From NCBI GenBank assembly GCA_951406725.2, contig OX597816.1, positions 31,372,001 through 31,436,000 of the forward strand: 64,000 nt of DNA, given 5' to 3'. The notes below the pieces were generated by a model. That model was not told the DNA's origin. It did not search any database and saw only the letters and a list, made by a program, of their open reading frames with translations. This document shows positions 58,425 to 64,000 of the stretch, piece by piece (position 1 is the stretch's first letter; the number at the start of each line of letters is the position of its first letter). A program made the position numbers and the translations under genes. Source of the stretch: Octopus vulgaris. Taxonomy: Eukaryota.

Positions 58425-61044
58425 GGAAATCCAAAGGAACAATTACAATGTAGCCAAATGTTGCTTAAGGAGATAATCCCGGGATAAGTCTTATGTATTA
58501 GAAAATATTGAAATATAAAAAGGATACGAACAATCGGGAAATGGTAGAAATGGATTATGAGATCAAATGAAATGGGAACTGGATCTCGATTTAGTTGAAA
58601 TCAAATTTCTGAAAGCGATTGAGGAGAAATTTAAAGTCAATTGAGAATCCAATTTATTCAAGCATGCTATGAATTCATGAAATATTTAAAAAAACCTTCC
58701 TGAATTTCAAAATTAACCTTCATCGAATAAATGCTTCCTACTTGCTGTTCAATTTAGTAGGTGACGATTCGTGATTTACGATTATATATTATGGATTAAT
58801 TCAATGATTAAGTGTTTAGAATTTTAACAAATAGTTTCATTACTCTAACAAGAGAAGGGATATCTTAGGGACAAATTGCAACAACGGTGAATCTTTTTAC
58901 ATACAATCGATAACGATCGAACCTCTTATAGAAAAAAAAAACAGGAAAAAAATAAAATGAGAAATATGACAACCCATTGTGCTTTTCATATATTCTCTAT
59001 CAAGGGACAATGCCTATAGAGATTGCTATATGTCTCTCTTAAATATATTCTCCGGATTACAAATGTATAAAGACGGACATGAGATAACTATAATCTAACG
59101 TGCCAGAACGGTTACTAAAAACCGTGCTCCAGATGCATATGCTTCCGTATTATTAAGGAAACTGGTGAGAAATTATTTAAAGACAAGATATTTGTCTTCA
59201 TTTGTGCCAAACATACTCAATTCTCGGACGACAGCTATTAGACAGTCGGCAAAAATGTCTAATAACTGATAACAAAAATTGCCCCGAATGAGAAAAATGT
59301 TTTATTGAATTTACCTAGCCTGCAAAATTATGCATTTTTCTTTATATGACCTTACAATAATTCTCACACATTTGGTCAGAATTATTCGCGTCTTAACCAC
59401 CAACCTTATGCGTGAAATAGGCTGTATATAGTATCCAAAGTGCTTGTTTACTTTTCTGCAAAACTGGGCACTCTTACACACATATTACATCTCTCTCTAA
59501 AGTATGAAACCTCTTCATTTACTTACAGATTTGGAGTATAATGTAACAAAAGTTACATGCATGCAGTGCACGTTTCTCATAAAAAATATCATATCATTAG
59601 TCAAACATTCAACTAGATTTTGAATTTTTACAGCAATAATCTATTTTGCTGTATGGCATCAGTTAACAAACAACTAATATGAACCTACAGTGGTTTAATG
59701 AAAGCAGCTTTTTCTGCCTTAAGAAACGAATACAAATGAGACTATTACTTATTGGGCTCCCGAGAATCTTGTGACGAGCAGGAAACAAGAAAAAGAATGA
59801 CTAATTTTGTTCCAATAAGATGTATTTCACATTAATATAACCTAGTAGCTTGTATTGTTTACATTTTTTCGCCAAAAATACATGTCTAAGGAATATTAGA
59901 ATTATGTAATTCTTCTATATTTCTAGTTGGAATTTACCATCATACCGTTGCTAACACTAAAAGCTGCGTTAGCAACAAAAAAGACACAATAACGATCTTA
60001 TTAATTTTGAGCAGGAATATATCTGCATTTGCTTTACGAATATTATTTTTATATTTTAACAGAGGAATAAAGGAAAACAGTCGTCATGACATCACTTGCA
60101 TCTGTAAACTTACATCAAATAATTTGCAACCGATAGACTTAATTTATACACATACAATAATTATGTTTATTTAATAGATATTTCTAGCAGAAATATTCTG
60201 TATTTCATTAAACAAAAAATGTCTTTTTCTTTTGAGTATGAATGACACTTCCACTGCTGTATTCATTGAGACATTATATAACAGTACTCTTTACCTAATC
60301 AGGTAAAGTTAAATACTAAATATTTATTGGCCATTTAGTGTATGCACAATTATACTCAGGTGAAATAAATTGAAATGAATTTATCTCACATGAACGTGTA
60401 TTGGTACAGACAAGCTTAAATATTTGAAATACGCACTTCGGTAATTTTCTGTTCCTTCTGCATTTTAAAACACTGGATATTAATTTAAATTTAAAGTTTA
60501 ATTTAAAGTTGGGTGGCTTTTAAATATTTTCTTGGCAATGATAGGCAGTAACATTTTTATTCCCTGAAAGGAAACAGTGTTCAGCTATTGCTAATTTTTC
60601 TAAATTTATTGAGCCATACGTCGTATGTTAGATACAATAACTGTGAGAACATAACATATCTAATAAAACATCATTTTTTATTCTTATCCGATAACAATAT
60701 TTTAATAAATTGTTTACACATTCACAATTCACATTCAATCAGCACTTATCATTTATTATTTTGCATTACAATATATTATGAATAAAGATTATAATATATG
60801 TTTAATCCATTGCATATTTGAGTTTAATTAAAGTAGATTCTTTTACCATATCCCCCGAGGAATTAATAGAATTTACTTAAATAATAAGATATATTCTTTA
60901 CGTTATATACCCTTGAATATATTGGATATTAAAAACAAGCATTCTTTTAGAGGGAATGAATATTTACAAAACATATATGAAAGTATAGAATTTCAATTCT
61001 TCGTAAAGATTTACCAACTGTTGGCTTTTTTATTTTTTCGCTAA

Positions 61045-61178
61045 ACAACCACATGGTTCCGGGTTCAGTCCCACTGCGTGGCATCTTGGGCAAGTGTCTT
61101 CTGCTAAAGCCCCGGCCGACCAATGCCTTGTGAGTGGATTTGGTAGACGGAAACTGAAAGAAGCCTGTCGGATATATG

Positions 61179-61243
<65 letters not shown>

Positions 61244-61469
61244 TTGTGTGTCTGTATGTTTGTCCCCCTAGCATTGCTTGACAACCGATGCTGGTGTGTT
61301 TACGTCCCCGTCACTTAGCGGTTCGGCAAAAGAGACCGATAGAATAAGTACTGGGCTTACAAAGAATAAGTCCCGGGGACGATTTGCTCGACTAAAGGCG
61401 GTGCTCCAGCATGGCCGCAGTCAAATGACTGAAACAAGTAAAAGAGTAAAGAGTAAAGAGTAAAGAGTA
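61045..61469 (+). mobile_element. Composite SINE (family B), slightly 5'-truncated, (AGAGTAA)n tail
   Basis: gggttcagtccc B-box-like motif, internal (AT)n(GT)n and tandem tail. Confidence 0.85.
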
Positions 61470-61487
61470 ACTGTACCATAGATAATA

Positions 61488-62990
61488 CTAACAATACATC
61501 CCGGCGTTGCCCGGCTCTTATGACCTACAATCACATTGTATTATTTGTTTCATTTTTATGAGCAGAATCAGATCACGTGGAGTGTGAAGCAACCCGTTCT
61601 TCTTTATAAACATGTTCTTCGGTCATTTTGTGATGAACAATGCTGAAATTGTCGACAACAAAAACATGTCGGCTGGCAGCTTAGATTAGAATGAAATCCT
61701 AACATTGCCACACGAAAATGACCTGGACTTACAGCTTTAAGTAATTAGATGACGTATTGCAGAATGTAAGGTACATGGAAAGAATGATCATCATTGTGAA
61801 AAGCATTATCTCTGTAATGTCGAGCAGACTTCACACTTCAACGCATGTTAAGTGAAGCCGGCAATACTTCTGGGTAAACTATGTTTTGCGTTAGACCTGT
61901 GTTGATAGAAGAAACATACAAGTCATATGTACTGCTAACTGGAGAGCGTGCGGCATATGGTTGTCCTTGAGAAAAAACAGGTTATTTGTAAATTGAGACC
62001 CACAATTTTTAAAGTTTGACCCTAGGCTTTGTTGACTTTCATAGCGATACGCAATCACGCTGGGTACGGGAGGTGTTTCAACTGAAATGAGACGTTTGAA
62101 GGAATAAGAGGTGTGTGTGAAATCTATGCGATCTACCCTCGAGGACAACCTGCAATAATGGTTGCTTGTAGGACATGGCTTGTCACTATATTTACAGGAA
62201 ATGTTGTGCTATTGCATAGACGTGGTGTGTCCAAATTCCTCAAATACATGATAGGTGCAACTTTCTTTGGAAGCAATTAATGCGGTGGCAGTCTTATGGG
62301 TCGTAGATATTTGAGAAATTCAACTGGATTCTCAACGGTGGCATGTTCGTCGAAAGTAGTATCATTGGAAACAAACGTTGAAGCTTCACAGGCAGAATCT
62401 TCATGGATTACATTATAAGCGCTTTCATTCCGAGGTGCTAAAATAGCTCTTTCTGTGAACCATGCCATGTTTTTGAAGTTGTCTTGCAATGTGGGAAATG
62501 CCATTTCTATAAGCTCGGCTAATGTAGACACCGCGTGCCCACATTGCAAAAGCGCCATTTCCAATTTGTAGAAGCTGATGAAAGAATTCCTCAGCTAAGG
62601 GGTCGTTGTAGAGATTAGCTCGAATATTGTTGCATAATGAAAGCTAACGAACAAACCTCCATAGATTTGTAGACTTCAAACACGCATAGATGTCATATAT
62701 GACAGAAATCTCCTGCAAGGACAGCAGTTAAGCCCACCCCCATAACGGCAGTATTGTTTCTCATATCCCTTAGTGATATATCTAGGGCTTCTAGCGCACC
62801 ACGGTGCGCCATCGTACATTCAGCCAAACAAGTGTAGTTTAGAGCAGACAGTCCAACGTCGTTGATCGTTTTGAAATAATACGCTTTTGGGCATCGAGGA
62901 ATTGAGTTTCTCTAGCACAAATAGAGGCAGTTTTCTTTGCGGCCTTGTTCCGGCGATAAATAAGAATCCTTTTGTTTTGGTGGCATGTCT
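61488..62990 (-). mobile_element. Decayed, internally deleted Helitron (PIF1-family helicase remnant)
   Basis: WFTERAILAPRNE, PVEFLK.L....LPPH, KKVAPIM, SQQSLG, LQLAVH...LS.(R)V, MAHRGALEALD..LRD. The 3' hairpin cccggcgttgcccgg (61500-61514) sits next to a degenerate CTAG end. Confidence 0.85.
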
Positions 62991-64000
62991 GAAAAGAGGA
63001 AACGATTAAGGGACATAGAAGATGGAAGAAATAGCTATTTGAATTTGTGCGTTGTTTAATTTCAATTTTTCATAACAAATGAACACATGTGGAAAAATTC
63101 ATATGTTAATTTGTTTACAGTTATTATGTGAAGAAGCGGAAAACTGAATAATTTGTGCTTTCTGTATAAGTGTAATGCATTCTGCTAGGTTATATATAGT
63201 GGAATGGATTACTGGCGTAATGGAAATTATTGTTTGTCAAGAAGTAACGGTGTGTGTGTGTAAAACATACATGAAACTGATTTATGTTTATAAGAAGGAT
63301 CATAAACTATGTACTGTTTTATGGCAAAAAAAAATGGTTAATATGATGTTACGCAGAAAGCATGTTTTCAAAATTATAAATTTCTTAATTTTTAACAGTT
63401 TTTCTAATATTGTTTTTTATGTACGTGGAAAAATACAGAAATTACGAATGGGGGCAATATAATTTGTTTTTGAAAATTTAATTTTTCTGAAAGAAATACT
63501 GCATGACCTTTCCCCACCTCGGCCAACCATCAGCATGTAGCTTTGGGACGAAATGCAAATCCCCTGTAAGGGAAACATAGGAATGTGAGGAAAGAGAAAT
63601 GTGGGGGTAGGGGTACGCAAATGTCTTCTCGCACATACTAGAAACAGGATTTCTGGGATAACATCCCTGTAAGTTTAAATGTAGGATCAGGTTTTGAAAT
63701 AGGTTCATCACGCACAGAAATGACAGAATAGGAAAATAATTTACATAGGATTTGAGCTGTAATTTACCGCACATCAAAAAATAACATAATTCATACAGAA
63801 CTCTGTGTGTGTGTGCCAAAGGAAGTTACATTTGCATACCTTTCTAATTCCAGAAGTAGGAACTGTAGTGAAGTTTGACAGCATGAGAAAGTGAAAGAGA
63901 AAGATAATGCCTCATTCTATACACGCTTGAAACATGGAACGAAAGTGAAAATGACCTTAAAATTGTTCGACACGATCACATTTCTGGTGTTCACTTCCGA

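Overview
AT-rich eukaryotic DNA, dense in microsatellites and transposon debris. The SINE families and (AT)n/(GT)n load suggest a coleoid cephalopod such as Octopus (inference). I see no intact host gene: nearly all listed ORFs are microsatellite read-throughs or decayed transposon frames. Recognisable elements are four Penelope-like (PLE) RT/GIY-YIG remnants, four mariner/Tc1 remnants, CR1- and RTE-like LINE fragments, two copies of a ~390-bp non-autonomous Helitron, a decayed Helitron helicase, and many tRNA-derived SINEs. The most notable signal is a set of hammerhead-ribozyme-like motifs (CUGANGA-stem II-GAAA-palindromic stem III-NUH) in several unrelated repeat families. They occur as divergent inverted pairs (10.9-11.3, 17.1-17.4, 50.7-51.1, 54.2-55.6 kb), as tandem units (12.6-13.4, 21.6-21.9 kb) and next to a PLE ORF (41.6 kb). 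PLE-associated hammerheads are known; the recurring non-coding foldback architecture and a Helitron sharing the terminus of one foldback deserve follow-up. Everything was read by eye, so boundaries are approximate.
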